Part shown: piece after piece, positions 10,688 through 23,600 of the stretch | How positions within the stretch are numbered: the first letter of the stretch is position 1 | How the letters are laid out: every line of letters begins with the position of its first letter | Origin: Hyphochytrium catenoides | Lineage: Eukaryota > Protista > Hyphochytriomycota | DNA: 49,660 nucleotides | NCBI GenBank assembly: GCA_900088475.1 | Contig: FLMG01000282.1 | Location: forward strand, 1 to 49,660 | Direction: 5' to 3' | Program-made: the position numbers and the translations under genes | The notes under the pieces: generated by a model | The model's input: only the letters and a program-made list of their open reading frames with translations | What the model was told of the DNA's origin: nothing | Databases searched by the model: none

Positions 10688-12626
10688 TTACTTAACCTGA
10701 GATATTGAGGGAAAAGCATTTGTCTTTGCCAGCACTAAAAACTGCTTCTCGTGGGCAATGTAGCCTCTAATGTAGCCCTGCACGTAGAAGACATTAGGGT
10801 TCCCTATCAGTAGTTTGGAATGATGGATGAGGTTCATCGTACCATGAAAATGAGGTTAGCAAGTATGCATTCCACCTCTGCTGTGTCCACGTCGACGCCC
10901 TGCTTAGCGACGATGCTTTGTAACAACGACAACCTGAGCTTGATTGTACCGGCAATGAGGCTTCTGTAGAACCACATAATAAGTGAAAGAGCAGCAGTCA
11001 GATAAGGAATGCACCATAGGGTGCACGGAAAACCTGGTGACTGACATTTTCTTGAAGAGAGTCCTATAAACCAGCATCTTGATCTTTTCCAGCACAAGAT
11101 ATATGCCACGACGTACGAAGAGAGACTGGTACTTTTCGAGGTTCTAGGCCAAGCAGAAACTATAAGTTAGAGCTTTATTCCTGTCAGTCAACAAAAAAAA
11201 AGAAGCCCTTACCTCGTTGAAGACACGAAGGTTTCCTGTTCTTACACCATCTGCAACGCCTTCATACTGGGAGGTCGTCAGCATCCCGACATTACCAAAA
11301 GATCAAAGCTGGTACCTCTTGCAAGGAGTACGCCTGCAGCAGCTCCTTCCTCGGAAGATTTCCAATAAGAATCTTGACTGGCACCAGATACTGCAGTATG
11401 AGTCTACTCACGGTCAGGGAATACTCACGGAAAGTAGAGTCAATGGATCACTTGTAGAGAGATTTACCTCTTATTCCTCTTGGAAGTCTTCAAACAATGA
11501 CGCAGAGCATAATCCAGCTGTGCCTCAGCCTTCACAGCCACCAGCCCCAGGTCAAACTAACGCTGAGAAGACAAGCAAAGAGCTACGCACCGCCTGATAG
11601 TTATCTTCAAACATAGAGAGTCTTCCGGTATAATACTTATAAGTCACCTAAACGATGGAGAAGCCTCAGCTCTCGATGGGAATGCCACGATTAGCCTGTT
11701 CTCCTTACAGTGTCTCGATAACCAAAGGCAGAGAGTGGGGGCTTCTTGAGCTTCTCCATGGAATCTATCGTTTTCACGAGATTCTTGCACAGTCGAATTG
11801 TGTTCAGCTGTCGAACGACATCCTCTTAGCTATGGGCAAGGGCTTCCTCGCTTGTCCTCCTTACCTTAAAGTATATTTTGAAGAGCTGGTTGACAACGTA
11901 TAGAACACCCCACCTCTTGCTGTCCGGTGCATCGCCCGCGCGGTCATTGTAGGTGGCGTTCACGCCTTTTTTCAGCTCCATCTCCGCTTGGCGCTACGAG
12001 GGCAGGGGATGAGGGGGAAACGTCAGTTCTCTTTGGCGGAAACAGCGATAGAGCCAAAGAAGACCATCGTCCACGAACCAACGTATCAACGCTCTTGACG
12101 CCGGTTTGCTTGGTCTTTTGGTCATCAGCCTGGGCGGAGGAAATTGAGCGAGATAACCCTCGGTACAGATTAGGCTCAGGCACTGGCTCACCTTATAGGC
12201 CAGCACACGACAGTCATGAGTCAGAACGTGAAGCACCGGCACCAGCCAGTTGTTCGTGCTCTTGAAGATCGATAGAAGTTTACTATCAACATTTTTGGAA
12301 GGAGATTTTGAGCGTTATATGCACGAAGAGACGAAGAGCTACAGCTGGACGTACGTGAAAGCAGCGAGCCGAGGAACAAAGCCCTCAACGAACTGCCCAT
12401 GACGGCATAATCTCGCACTTTCAAGAACGTTTGCTAAAAGTTCTCGATACTCGGGGTTTTGAATACGCTGGCAGAACTTCTGAACTGCGGCCTCAGAAGT
12501 AAGTTGGGATAAGACAGTTTGCCAGTCTCGCCAAAGGGTTCTTTCAGCCACTAACGACGCCAGAGCGGGGCCGTTGTCTGTCTGGACAGCGTGATTGACA
12601 CGTTGAACGTAATCGTTGTTGGCCAT
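10688..12626 (-). CDS. PCID2: PCI-domain protein 2 (PCID2/Thp1/CSN12-like), multi-exon
   Basis: VTYKYYTGRLSMFEDNY, RKILIYLVPVKILIG, VRTGNLRVF, GIYLVLEKIKMLVYRTLFKK, EVECILANLI and GYIRGYIAHEKQFLVLAKTNAFP, all typical of PCID2. Confidence 0.9.
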
Positions 12627-12799
12627 CGCTTTCTTCAGGTTGCCCGACGCAGTAGATGGACGAGGATCGAGTCAACTGATCATCGGCGCCGAAGGATCAT
12701 AAAAGAGCACTCAACCATGCATTGTCTCCACAGTCCACGTCACAGAATCCTCAGGTAAGACAAGCCCACAAGGGCTTCGCTCCCAGATTAGCCCACAAC

Positions 12800-13805
12800 A
12801 CACAGCGTTGACGCTTCTATTGGGCTACGTCCTTGGCTGGGAGATGGAGGTTGCTGGGCTCAGCCGCCTCACACACGGCGGTATGCACGGTATGCACGGT
12901 AGTGATGTCCCAGCATCTTCAGAAGAAGTGAGGAAGACTTGAGGAGGAGATTGAGGGCATCATCTCCTCCAGATCTTGCCAACCCATGCACCTCATGGCA
13001 GACCTGGATATTACTAACGTAGACCTTCGTATGATACCCTAGATACCTTGGTTACCTATATGGGTTGACTTACTGATGTGAAGGATCTCCTTTCGCAGCT
13101 CGCAGCAGCTTGATGATGGCCGCAGAGATGAAGAAGAGGTGGCGGTGAAGGAAGACGCAACGACCAGCAGATGCCTACTCACTCGCTCTCAAGCTCCTCG
13201 GCAGGAGCCTGGCATAGGGTAAAGCCCTTTCCTTTTCTGCAATATCTGTTAGTCCGAAGAAACTCTTATTCCTGCAGAGCAAGTCCTGACGGTACCATCG
13301 GATTCTGCTAAGTCATGACCTTGAAGAAGCGGGCTTCTTCAGACAGGCAGAGATCTAGTGCGCCCACAGCCTAGCGGCAAGTTTCCCCTCTCCTGGTCTT
13401 ATGATCAGTTGTAGGATACTTTAGAAGCTTCTCAGCATCAGACCCTAAGCATCGGAGCTATTGGCTGATCGTCGCCCGCATCTTTATGCGACTCTCTGTT
13501 TCCAACTTCCCTCTATGCCCAACTTTGGCTTGTGCGCTTTGCCTTTAGCGTCAGTCTGTCCCCTCTTCCCTTTCAGACAGTACCATTCCCGCTGCTGTTG
13601 TCAATTTTGTCCCAAAGTGTCATGTAGGTGATTCATAGGTGCTTTATTTCTGGGTAACGCTAAGACTGATAGTTCGGCCATGTGCTAGCAGAAGCAGCCT
13701 CAAGTGGTGCTACCCCTCATCACTCGATCAGCTTGAAAAATATGATCTCAATCAGAAAGAGGGACTAGTAACCGCAGAGCAAACCATGTGGAGCCCCGAC
13801 GCCTA
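12800..13805 (-). mobile_element. Degenerate Helitron Pif1 helicase motifs Ib-IV (element B)
   Basis: Minus strand: MAELSVLALPRNKAPMNHLHDTL (from 13681; cf. AEL....LIIWDEAPMNH), TISQ*LRC..LIIRPGEG (cf. LT.NMR...L.IG.G), ARLLPRS (cf. AIL.PRN). Confidence 0.6.
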
Positions 13806-13809
13806 AGCC

Positions 13810-15488
13810 TCATATCCAGGACTGCCGCTGCACTCTGACAGTGGCGTTGTTCATGGAACAAAAAGCAGGGGGAAAGAGCGGGTGACGGACCCACAAACAC
13901 CCAGGCAAGGCCCGTGGCTGCGAGGATCCCCTCAGCTCTACGTTATGACGGGCAGCGTCACCCTCATAAAAGCATTTGCCTAGTTTCGGGTCCAGCAGTG
14001 GCTCGTACTGAGGAAACTCGAAGGCAAGCCCTCTTAGTCCCACGGACCCAGCGTAGAAAGGTTTCTGTATGCCTTTAGCTGTGTCAGTACGGCCCATTCT
14101 GGCCGGCTTTGACGGCGCATAGAACCTCGCCACTGAGGTTTGAGTAGTAGTGGTCCAAATGGTTACTGAGCCGCTGGTCTCTACCCTGCATGCTTCCTAT
14201 CAGCGTCATCAACCTGACAACGAGCCTGCCAACATGGTTAGGGCGTGACAGGGTGACGTAACAGAGATTAGATTGCATCGGTTTACCTTCTTCTTAGCCT
14301 CTCTCTCCGCTCGTTTTCGCTCTTTATGTTGGAGCTTCAGCATTTGCCCTTTTTCCTTCTGTGACCGGCGGCGTCTCTGCGCTTCTTTGGCTGCCTCGTC
14401 CATTGGAAGGAGTACGCCATTGCCCTGCTCTCTCTTGTACTTGGACTGAATATATTCATACTGCAGATGAAAAAAGAAGAAAAGGTCTTCAAGGTCTCCT
14501 ACGTCTTCATCGTTGGTCAGCATAGGCTGCGTCCTTTCTCGGGCCATCTGGTATTCTCGCACCATAAAGTAGATGGCTGGAGATATACCGAGTCTTAAGC
14601 TACAGCAGTGTCCTTCTTATGAACGGCGACGGCTTACCTTCAATCGTTGATATGCAGCCCTCTCCAGCGGAATGATACCTAAGAAGGTCAAGGATTCTCA
14701 GGTCTTTCTCCTTAATAGTCAAAAGAAAAGGGAAAGAGAAGTTATAAATCTGCAATTGCCTTCTTACCGCCAGAACTTGCTATGGCGCGGTGGATGCTCA
14801 ATCTTAAGACATCTCAACTTTTGAACAGTGCCCAGCTTCATTATCTTCTGCGTCTCCCCCCACGGGCAGTCAATAAAAACCATCCTTTGAAGCCTGCAAA
14901 GCTCACTTTCCTTTAGCTCACTGACAACCTGTGCCGTCTGCAGAGCAAAAGGTTACAGCTTAGCTACGCCATTATCGCATGAAAGGTGCTACACCATACC
15001 TCCGACGGGAAAATGACTGCAGTGGTCTCCGGATCATAGTCTGGGAATTCATCCTGGTCCACGACAATCAATCTCACTTGCTCCGGAGCCAAAATTTTAG
15101 CATGCAGTCCAGTGGCTTTCTTGGGACCATCCATGAAGATAATGTCAACCTGCTTGCCACGACAGGTTTACAACGAGGAATGAGCCCTGGTCAGAGCTAT
15201 TCGGATGCTAAATTGGCCGCCCGCGCATACACTTACAGTGACTGGAAGCTTGAGTTGCGGTACCCGCTGACCTGGCGGCACTCCAAGCGGGATCATGCAA
15301 TTGTAGCAGTAAAACATACAAGAACGACTGCATCGCTCGCATTTCTCCCTCTTCCAAGCGTCTACGCCGGCACTTGAGACGCTGCCTTCAGGCTGGTACT
15401 CAGCGGATGTAGATCCGTTCACTGGTTCATGCCTTTCTAGCCCTGGCTTCGAGCTTTGGTGGTCTGTAGGAGTTAAACTTTGCTCCAT
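13810..15488 (-). CDS. DTWD1: DTW-domain tRNA-uridine aminocarboxypropyltransferase (DTWD1-like), multi-exon
   Basis: Zn knuckle REKCERCSRSCMFYCYNC..P, then LKLPV.VDII...KATGLHAKILAP, a DCPWG variant of the DTW motif, and VGDLEDLFFFF. Start ATG 15488 is inferred. Confidence 0.85.
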
Positions 15489-15499
15489 GTCCTTCAAAT

Positions 15500-15910
15500 C
15501 TGCTGGAACGTTTAAGGTGCAATCAACCTGTCGGTGGAAGGAGAGCAGCTGTATTCGCTCCTCCAAGCCAGATTTGACAACAGCAGGCCCTCTGCAGTGA
15601 GGATCAAAGCGGTCGTGCGGTGCTACTGGTTCATGAGATAGACATAGCACAGCTGCCAGCCATCAGCCATCATCTGAAGCGTGAGCAGGAAGCGTTATGC
15701 ATCAGAACAAACAGAAGACAACGAGAAGTCTACAGCCTAGCCGTTATATTGCGCCAACGGCTCTCGGCGGGCAGCGGACTTGAAGAAGGGCAATAATCTT
15801 CATTGTGAAGATTGGCTCAATCACTATCGCTGTACTTCTAGAGCTCGCATCAGGAAGGCATAGAGACCTACGTGGAGCTTGTCATTGGGAGGAGCGGTCA
15901 CACCCCAATA
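15500..15910 (-). mobile_element. Degenerate Helitron helicase motif I/Ia (element B) in the DTWD1/PEX4 divergent promoter
   Basis: Minus strand: DG*/MAGSCAMS (~15672-15640; cf. DG.AG.GKS), NLAW/TAALLP.TG (~15575-15528; cf. AWTGIAA.LLP.G). Confidence 0.45.
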
Positions 15911-15917
15911 CCTGAAA

Positions 15918-16734
15918 ATGAATGCCTCCGTTAAGCGTCTGAGGAAGGAGGCGCTCGAAGCCAAAACCAATCCGGAAGAGGACATTGTTCTGCTGCCCGA
16001 TGAGAACAATTTGAGACTATGGACAGCCTACATCAAAGCGCCGCCGGATACGCCGTTTGAAGGAGGTCAGATCTTTCGGCAGTAAAGTTTTTCGTCGCAT
16101 GCTTCTTCTCATCTGCTGGCTTTCGCTTAGGAGTCTATGAGCTTGGCATTAACACAGGCAGCCTCTACCCGATGGAGCCACCGCAGATCAAGTTTGTGAC
16201 CAAAGTCTTCCATCCTAACATTCACTTCAAGGTATGCGCTTGCTCTAAGCTACTTCTAGTTTGTCTCCTTGACTCACTTTCCACTTATTTCCAACGAACA
16301 GGACGGCTCAATCTGCTTGGACATTCTTAAGAGAGAATGGTCACCGGCATGGAGTCTGCGGGTAACAATAACCCCTTGTCACTTCCCTTTCGCACCTCAA
16401 GCTTACCACCTCATGCTCTTCCTTCTCACACTCTTCTTCCACAGTCGGCATGCCGAGCCGTCATTGCGATCATGGGAGATCCAAACGCCGACTCACCGCT
16501 GAACTGTGATGCTGGTTAGTAGGCGCCGTGCTCCCACTTCTTCAGCCCTTGTCATCTCCATGCACTCTACTAACCTTCCACTCCTCCTTTCCAACGCTAC
16601 TCTTGTCTCCCTTTTACCCCGTACTTTCGTACCTAGGCAACATGATTCGGGGCGGCGATATGATTGCGTATGAATCCATGGCACGGATGTACATGGAGGA
16701 GTTCGCACTTAAGACGATCCCGGGCCGCAGCTAA
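15918..16734 (+). CDS. PEX4: Ubiquitin-conjugating enzyme E2, PEX4-like; 5 exons
   Basis: KRLRKE, PPDTPFEGG, YPMEPP.IKFVTKVFHPNIHF.DGSICLDILKREWSPAWSL, and the C-terminal PNADSPLNCDAGNMIRGGD.IAYESMARMY resembling PEX4/UBC21. E2 identity is certain; PEX4 orthology is likely. Confidence 0.85.
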
Positions 16735-16739
16735 ACCAA

Positions 16740-17650
16740 GAAAACGCCATGCTTATACTACGGAACGCTCCCTTCTCGCAAATATGTGATCCTTTTTAAT
16801 TCAAAGGACAGGAGGGCAGAGCGGACGGATATTTATCTGATTTCTCTCTTTTATCTTCATCTGCCCTTCACTTGGTCTTCTCTTTGGTTCTCTTTGTAGA
16901 GACGCCTGAAGCTTGGTAAGAATCGCCACTCAGCGACCCTCTCCTAGACGGCTGCTGTCCGACAGGGAGTGGGCATTCTACCCTTGACACCTTCTCTCAT
17001 CTTCTCGATAAGCATCCACACCAGCAATCAGTATTGCCAATGTTGACAACAGCAATGCAATCAGCAATGCAAGGTGATAATAAAGGCTAAGTGGCGTTGA
17101 TCGTGATGACAGTTGGACGCGTGGAAGAACGTTGGATGAGTAAGAAAAAGCCCTATCCTTCTTTTAGCACATGGAACTATATAGCAGACAGAGCGCTTCG
17201 CTTGCCACTCATGAGGGCCTAGTCGAGCAATCTGGTGGTCAGCTCCGCATGTCGGCGCCTAAGTAACTTCGCCCTTCTCATCCATGACTTTAGTCCTGCA
17301 TACGACTGCTGAATAGCACGTTATGGCCACATGTGTCTAGCTCCTTGCTATTACGTGCCGCTCAATGTCACGAAGGTCTTACACTAGGGAAGAGTGAAAA
17401 GGAAGAGAGAATGGGCGATCTTAAGATCGTCTGTTAGCAACAAGGCCATTAGAGGACAGTTCTTGCGCGCCTAGGGCAGCACATTTGAACAACGCTCCTA
17501 GCGTCCAGTTGGCCTCAGAGACACATTGGCCATAGAGCAATTGTGGACACGGGTCCACCAAGCAGTAGGCCACCGTAGTCCCTTGTAGATGTGCAAAAGA
17601 AGTGGCATTATTGATGTAGCGGCCTTGGCCGCATAAGTTATGAGTTATAT
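16740..17650 (-). mobile_element. Degenerate Helitron Rep-helicase linker (element B)
   Basis: Minus strand: NNATSFAHLQG (from 17612; cf. GATSF.DLRT), ALFKCAALG (cf. TF.EAC.ALG), AHSLFLFTLP*CK (cf. LR.LF..IL..C.P). Confidence 0.55.
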
Positions 17651-17653
17651 TGC

Positions 17654-20600
17654 TCAGTCACTCTGTTGACTGTCCATCTCTTCACTCTCACTACTGGCAC
17701 TCTGATAGTCTAAGCTAGTTCCTCTATAGCGACCCTCCTCCACTATCTCAGATTCAAGCAAGTCTTCCCCAGCAGCGTGTTCTAAGAGATCGCTACTGGC
17801 CGAAGGGTGGAGGTTATGTACTGAACGGAAGGTAGGTGGCGGCTCCCTGGCGTCCAGATTCTTGGTCCAGACCTTCCAGTTCTCTTGAGGAGGCACTTCC
17901 TGTGCCTGTGTGACTGGCACAAAGTAGAAATCTACATCCTGAGCTGTGCCAGGCTGGCCATTCTCAGGTGTCACGGAGATGTACCAGCGCCGTGACCCAG
18001 AGGGTAATTGGCAGCGGAAGAGCGTGTATTTTGTGCTAGTGTTGGGGTTGTGATAGATGTACAGCGGCACTTTGTCCCATATCCTCCCTGTCATGCGATA
18101 AAAGCCATTCACTTCCGTGGACCCAGCGCCCTCCACCATGTACCTAGCAAGAGTAAAGGGTGAGTAGAGCGAACTGGGAGCGCATGAGGAGTATAAACTC
18201 GTCCAAGGACAAATGTCGCTATGTGGAGATAACAGGGCCTTCGAGAGTCATTGCATCGACATGCGAAGCGTAAGGGGTCCCTTGCGCTGATTGTCCGAAG
18301 CATACAGAATGTGCTGCGAAGGCCGTTTGAAAGGCTCACCCGATGGTCTCTTGCAATCTCTGATGGCCCAGTAGCGCTCCCAGCTCGTTCAGTAACTTTA
18401 GACGAGGTGACTCGTTCCGCGGTGTTCTCGCAATGTATAGACTCATCTCCCCGCTGCCGATCGACTCCTGATGCAAATAACCGGATTCATGTTAGCCTTT
18501 CGCGGTGTGCTTTCTACCCTGCCCCCTCTAGCTCTTTCCTTTCATGCCTCTTCTTTAATTTTGCTGGTTCCCAGCTAGCTCGGACATGAGCCCTCTTCTA
18601 TCTACGTACGTATGCTGCAGAGTCTCTTCGCACCTGTAGCCAGTTGTACATCCACTCCCAAGCAGCTTTGCGTTCTAGCAGCCAGTCACTAATTGCCGGC
18701 ATCCTTGCTAGGGCAGCGAATGCGTGTAAGCATCTGTCAATGATCTGGGCATGGGAGAGATCTGCCGCTGCCTTGTGATGCTCTACTAGCTGTGCTGCCC
18801 TGGTGATGAGGCCAAGATCACCAACCATACAAAGCTCTAAACAGCGCTCAAAATGTGAATCTTGCGCCTGAAGCAGCTGCAGCATTGCCCGCTCACACAG
18901 TTCAATCACCAGTTGAGCCTACAGTAGAAGAGGTAAAGGCCTCGAACGGAAGCACTGAAGCTTGAAAAGTATAGGACTATAGAACTGTGAAGTGAGGCTA
19001 TCGCCCGGGGTTGGGCAACAGCTCCGTCGAAGAAAGAGCGCACACCGAGCTTCCACACTAGCCTCACCGACTCGTGACAAATATTTTGCAAGGGTGCAAG
19101 AGGGGTAATGGGAGAACAAACACGTAGGAGCAAGGCACGTAGGGGAGAAGTAAAGCAGTCTCACCCTATAGTTGTGGCCTGCACGGTACAGAGTCTGCAA
19201 GAGGACTTTCAAAAATAAGCTCGAGGCCTGCAGGTTTCCGGTGCACCAAGAGAGCATAATATCTGCGACTTCGTCACTCTCTTCGTCCATGCCCGCCTGC
19301 GCAAAAGGGGATAGCCGTCAGTGCCAAGGGCAGCATTCCAGGACAGGAGGGGATAGTGGCTCAGAAGGAACTTGCCTCAAAAATAGCCTCGTTGATGAGG
19401 GCCTTCTGACTCAGCGCAGGCAGGGAAGAGAGAAAACTCTGTTCTCCTCCTCCCTCCGCCATGTCGCTGTCCGTCCCTCGTTTTAGATCTTCTCCATAGC
19501 CGTACACCTACATCCCGCTTCTCAATTAGAGCCATAGGGTGGTCCATACCAGCATCCGCAAAAGCGGCTAAACACTAAGAAGAGCCATTTCTGCCAGGAA
19601 AGTCGTCCGCCGCCTCACCTTCAGATCATGCCAAACTAGCTCTGGAGACAGCCTTGCATTCTCTTGGTACATCGCAAGGAAGCCGTCCAGCGTCATCTCC
19701 TCGGCGTTTGCATGGGAGGAGAAGGCTTTGGACGGAGAGGAGGATGGGGAGGAGCGCGTGCTCTTTCCTCTGTACTTTGAGTAGATGGACCGCGCCTGGG
19801 CTTCTGAGGCGCCGTGGCCGCACTGTGCCAGATGTTGGCGCAGCGTCCGCTCGCTCATTTCACCCTAAAGATTACAAAGATCATGAGAATAGAGTGTCAA
19901 TCCAACCTCCCTCTATGAACTCTGTTGGACGCGTATCGCGTAGAAGTCCCTCCGATGACTTCCCTCCCAGATATTATTTATCCCACAATCTCTCTGCCTC
20001 CTTTCGCTCTTCCTTAAAGCCCATCAACACATTCTCTCTATTGCGCTCGTTACAACCGTTGGTCCGGGATGACTGCTTCGTCTTATGCCTTAACACTGAC
20101 CGTTGGTGTTAACTGGAAGAAGATGGAGGTTAGTGCCTCTACAGCTTGAAGAGTAAGCGAAGCCTTTCTGCTCCGTCCTCCTTCCTCTAGCAGCGGTACG
20201 GATGTCATGGTACGGACACCAAGGAGTGCTCCAAGGGAAAGGAATAAGGCAGCCTGGCTGCCAAGCATCTCAGATTCGGCTTCAGAGCTAAGACAGGCAC
20301 CAAGAAAAGCAACCCTGACATCCTGAGGCGCTGCTGGGCCCAAGAGGTACGCGACAAGACGCCCCACCATGTTCCGCTCGCACATCAGACGTCGCACCTC
20401 GACCTGCCCCTCGGCTAGAAGTCTGACAAGTAAGAAGACGGCATCTCTGCAAGAAGGACAGGAGCAGAAAAGGAAACGTCGAGGCTTGGTAAGTACCCAG
20501 CAGGCTATGGTGAGTCACTAAGAGCACTCACAAGGCCTTCCTATCAGCTCCCAGCTTGCCATCCATAATCTGCTCAAGGCAGATTACAAGCTCCAACACC

Positions 20601-23600
20601 TTCTTCTCATACATCTCGACCTTGTCAGCTAAGGCTGAAGGCTGTGATATGCAAGAGAACCATTCACCGACATAGCAAAAGGCGGAGGAGGACAACCCAG
20701 TGAGTCTGTTACTATATATTCCCCCAAGGATCATCGAGGGCTTCTTTACCGTATGTCTATAGCTGCTGAGGGAGTGTACTGCTGACACGAGGATCTGCAC
20801 GAACATCTGCCTTGCCAGGAAGTCTGGGCACTCTAGAAAATATGTCCGCAAAAGACTGGGGCGCTCGCTATATCGAGATAATATCGAGAGAAGCAAGAGA
20901 AAGGGGAACAGAGCCAGGAAAGGAGAAGCGTGACAATTGGAAAAGGGACGCCATGCGACAGCATGAGTAAGACGCTGACGTACCCGACGGTCTAAGAGAA
21001 GCCACATACCTGTTTGTTGCGGCGGCGAGCTCCGCCAGCAGCCGAGATAGAAAGCTGAAGCCTGCGCTGGGAACGTTATGAAGCCGAAACTTTAGAAGAG
21101 CTACGAAGTGGTTGATGCTGTGCTTGTCCGCAAAGCGCACTAGGGCAGTGAATAAATACTCGAGGGATAGAGACAGTACTCTCTCTTCTATACTCTCTCC
21201 CCTAATCGCCAGCGACGCTCCATCTCCCTCGACTTGGAGCTGCTGATGCTCGTCTTCGGCCCTTCTGGTTCTACTTTGTCGCTTCAGAAGGTTTTGCATG
21301 AAGAGAAGGAAAGCTGGGTCGAACAGATATTTCCTCTGGAAGTACTGCAGGTTGTTCTCTTGCACCTCTTGCTCGAAAACACTTCGGTAAGGAGCAGGTG
21401 ACGACAATTGGAGCTCTTCTTGTCTATTGTCTCCTTGCCCCGCTGTCTTGGTCTGTGCTGGTCGTCTCTTCTCATAGAACAGCATTAACGCATTGTTATA
21501 GACCTCCATCTCCAGCGGGCTACCCCCACCCCAGGCAGATACACGGGTCTATCAGAGACAAGAGCATATAAGTCATCTAAGAGTAAGAAAAGAACTAGCT
21601 AAGGCGCGTAGGGCTGAACAGAAGTACCGCCATCCGCAGAAGACATTTGGGTTTTTCTTTTGAAGTACTGGGAGTAGGAACCAGTTGGACAACCTGCTTG
21701 CCACCAAAGCACTCCTGTTCAATCCTGCTGGGATCGAACTCTGAGACGTCGTCATCGTCAAACTTGAACCACTGGCCAGTCTCTCTGTCTTGGATGAAAG
21801 AATAATAGTGGCCGCCCTGGGCTACGCCTGAGTGCACCAGCACTCCTACGAGACTATACTCGTACTCTGAAGCGGGAGGAAGCTCGTCCCCATCTGCAGC
21901 CTCAACTGAAACATTGAAAGGACGAACATGGAGATAAGAGACGCCAGAAGACCTCCACAAAAGAATAAGATGCAGTCGACAAAGGGACATAAGAGCATTC
22001 AGACGAAGAGAAAAGACAGGAAATAAGGATGCCCATGACCCGACCGGACCTAGCAAATAGAGTGATGCAGTAGAGATGTAGGGAGTAGCCTCTTCCTTCA
22101 ATCCTCACCTTGGGCTGTGAGGGGTGCTCCATCTGGACTCAAGTCCATAAGTCCATCTTCCTCCTCTACCATACCTGCCGCCTGGACTACTGCTTCCTCT
22201 CTCTCTCTCTGCTCAATACCTCTCTTGGTGTATCTCAGCATGTTCAGCTCCATAGGGAATGAGCAGCGGGAGTTGAGCTTGACTGTCTCAAACGTTGAGT
22301 AGTCCAAGTCGAAGCGCTTCAGGTGCAGAATCAGCACCTGTGGCAATGTACCAAAGCAAGTTCGCCGCATAGTGTCCTTCTTTGTCCCACAGTTCTCACA
22401 TTCGACCTAGAGAACCAGAAAGACGTGAGTGGAGACATAGGTCAAGGATTGTCCTGGCGGTTGCCTGAACCGGCGCTACAAGCTCCGATGCCTTAGAGCA
22501 GGATCCCATGCAGGGCCCAAAGCTTTCCTTTCGTTCCCCAGAGATCGTCCCTCCCTCTCTCTCATCTGCCCCTAGCTGCATTGCTCCCTTTTTCTCTGGG
22601 GCATGCTACCTTCAAGGGGCAGTCTCTCCTTCGCCGTTTATTCCTCTTATCTCCATCTGTAGGATTACTTCTGGTCCCTTCCCATGTTTACCTTATTGTC
22701 TCCATCCATAAGCTCTCCCTCAATGAAGGCGTTAAGACTTTCCTCTATACTGCTTTTCCCACGGATTTGCAGCTCAACCCGAATGAATGCTTCTTCACGT
22801 TCGTAGCGATGGTTACAGCCCTGCGGCACCTTCTGAAAAATCCACTTCCCTAGTAATGGAGGTGCCGGGCACGAAGCATAGAGAACAAAAGGGGGACGGA
22901 GACCCTATCAGTCTAGTTCAAGTGCGCGTCTCAATTCATGAAGGAAGGAAAAAAAGGGAGACCAAGAACGGGTCACTAAAACGCTATGTTCGCTGTGGCA
23001 GGATTGACGTTGAGCGAGAAATAAGTGCAAGCAGAGACCGACTTGTTTAGCGGGGTGATAAAGCAACTCCACAATGAACGGTAACTCACCTCCAAAGGCT
23101 CTCTCTAAGCACTCCGCCCGGCCAGATGTAAGCTTCAATGCCGTCTCCAGCCTGTCCAATAGCTTGTCGCAGAATTCCGACGCGTCGTTCTGCTGGTACA
23201 CTGAAAACTCTAAGTTTAGACAGCGACAAGCGTCCACCAGCTCCTTCGGGTCGAACCATCCTAGGACGCTATCTGATAGGTAACAGAAGGTGCGCTGGAC
23301 TTGCCGCAGCACTTCAACCGAGTCCTATAGAGGACAACAGGGTGAATCAAAATTAGTAGGATGAAAAGAGGTTAGTTAGACCACAAGGAGGAGCGAGGAG
23401 GAGAAGAAAAGAGAGGGAAGCTACAGAAGCTGAAGGGCGCGGGTGATTCACCTGTTGGGTCTGATTGAGACCAGCATACTTTCGATAGTGCACCACTGCC
23501 ATCCTCTTTCCATTGGAGTCGAAGATAGCAACGGAAGAGGGAGAGCTGGATTCCAAGTTTTCTTTCACTACCTTGACCTGCAGGCAGCGGCCTTTCTCTC

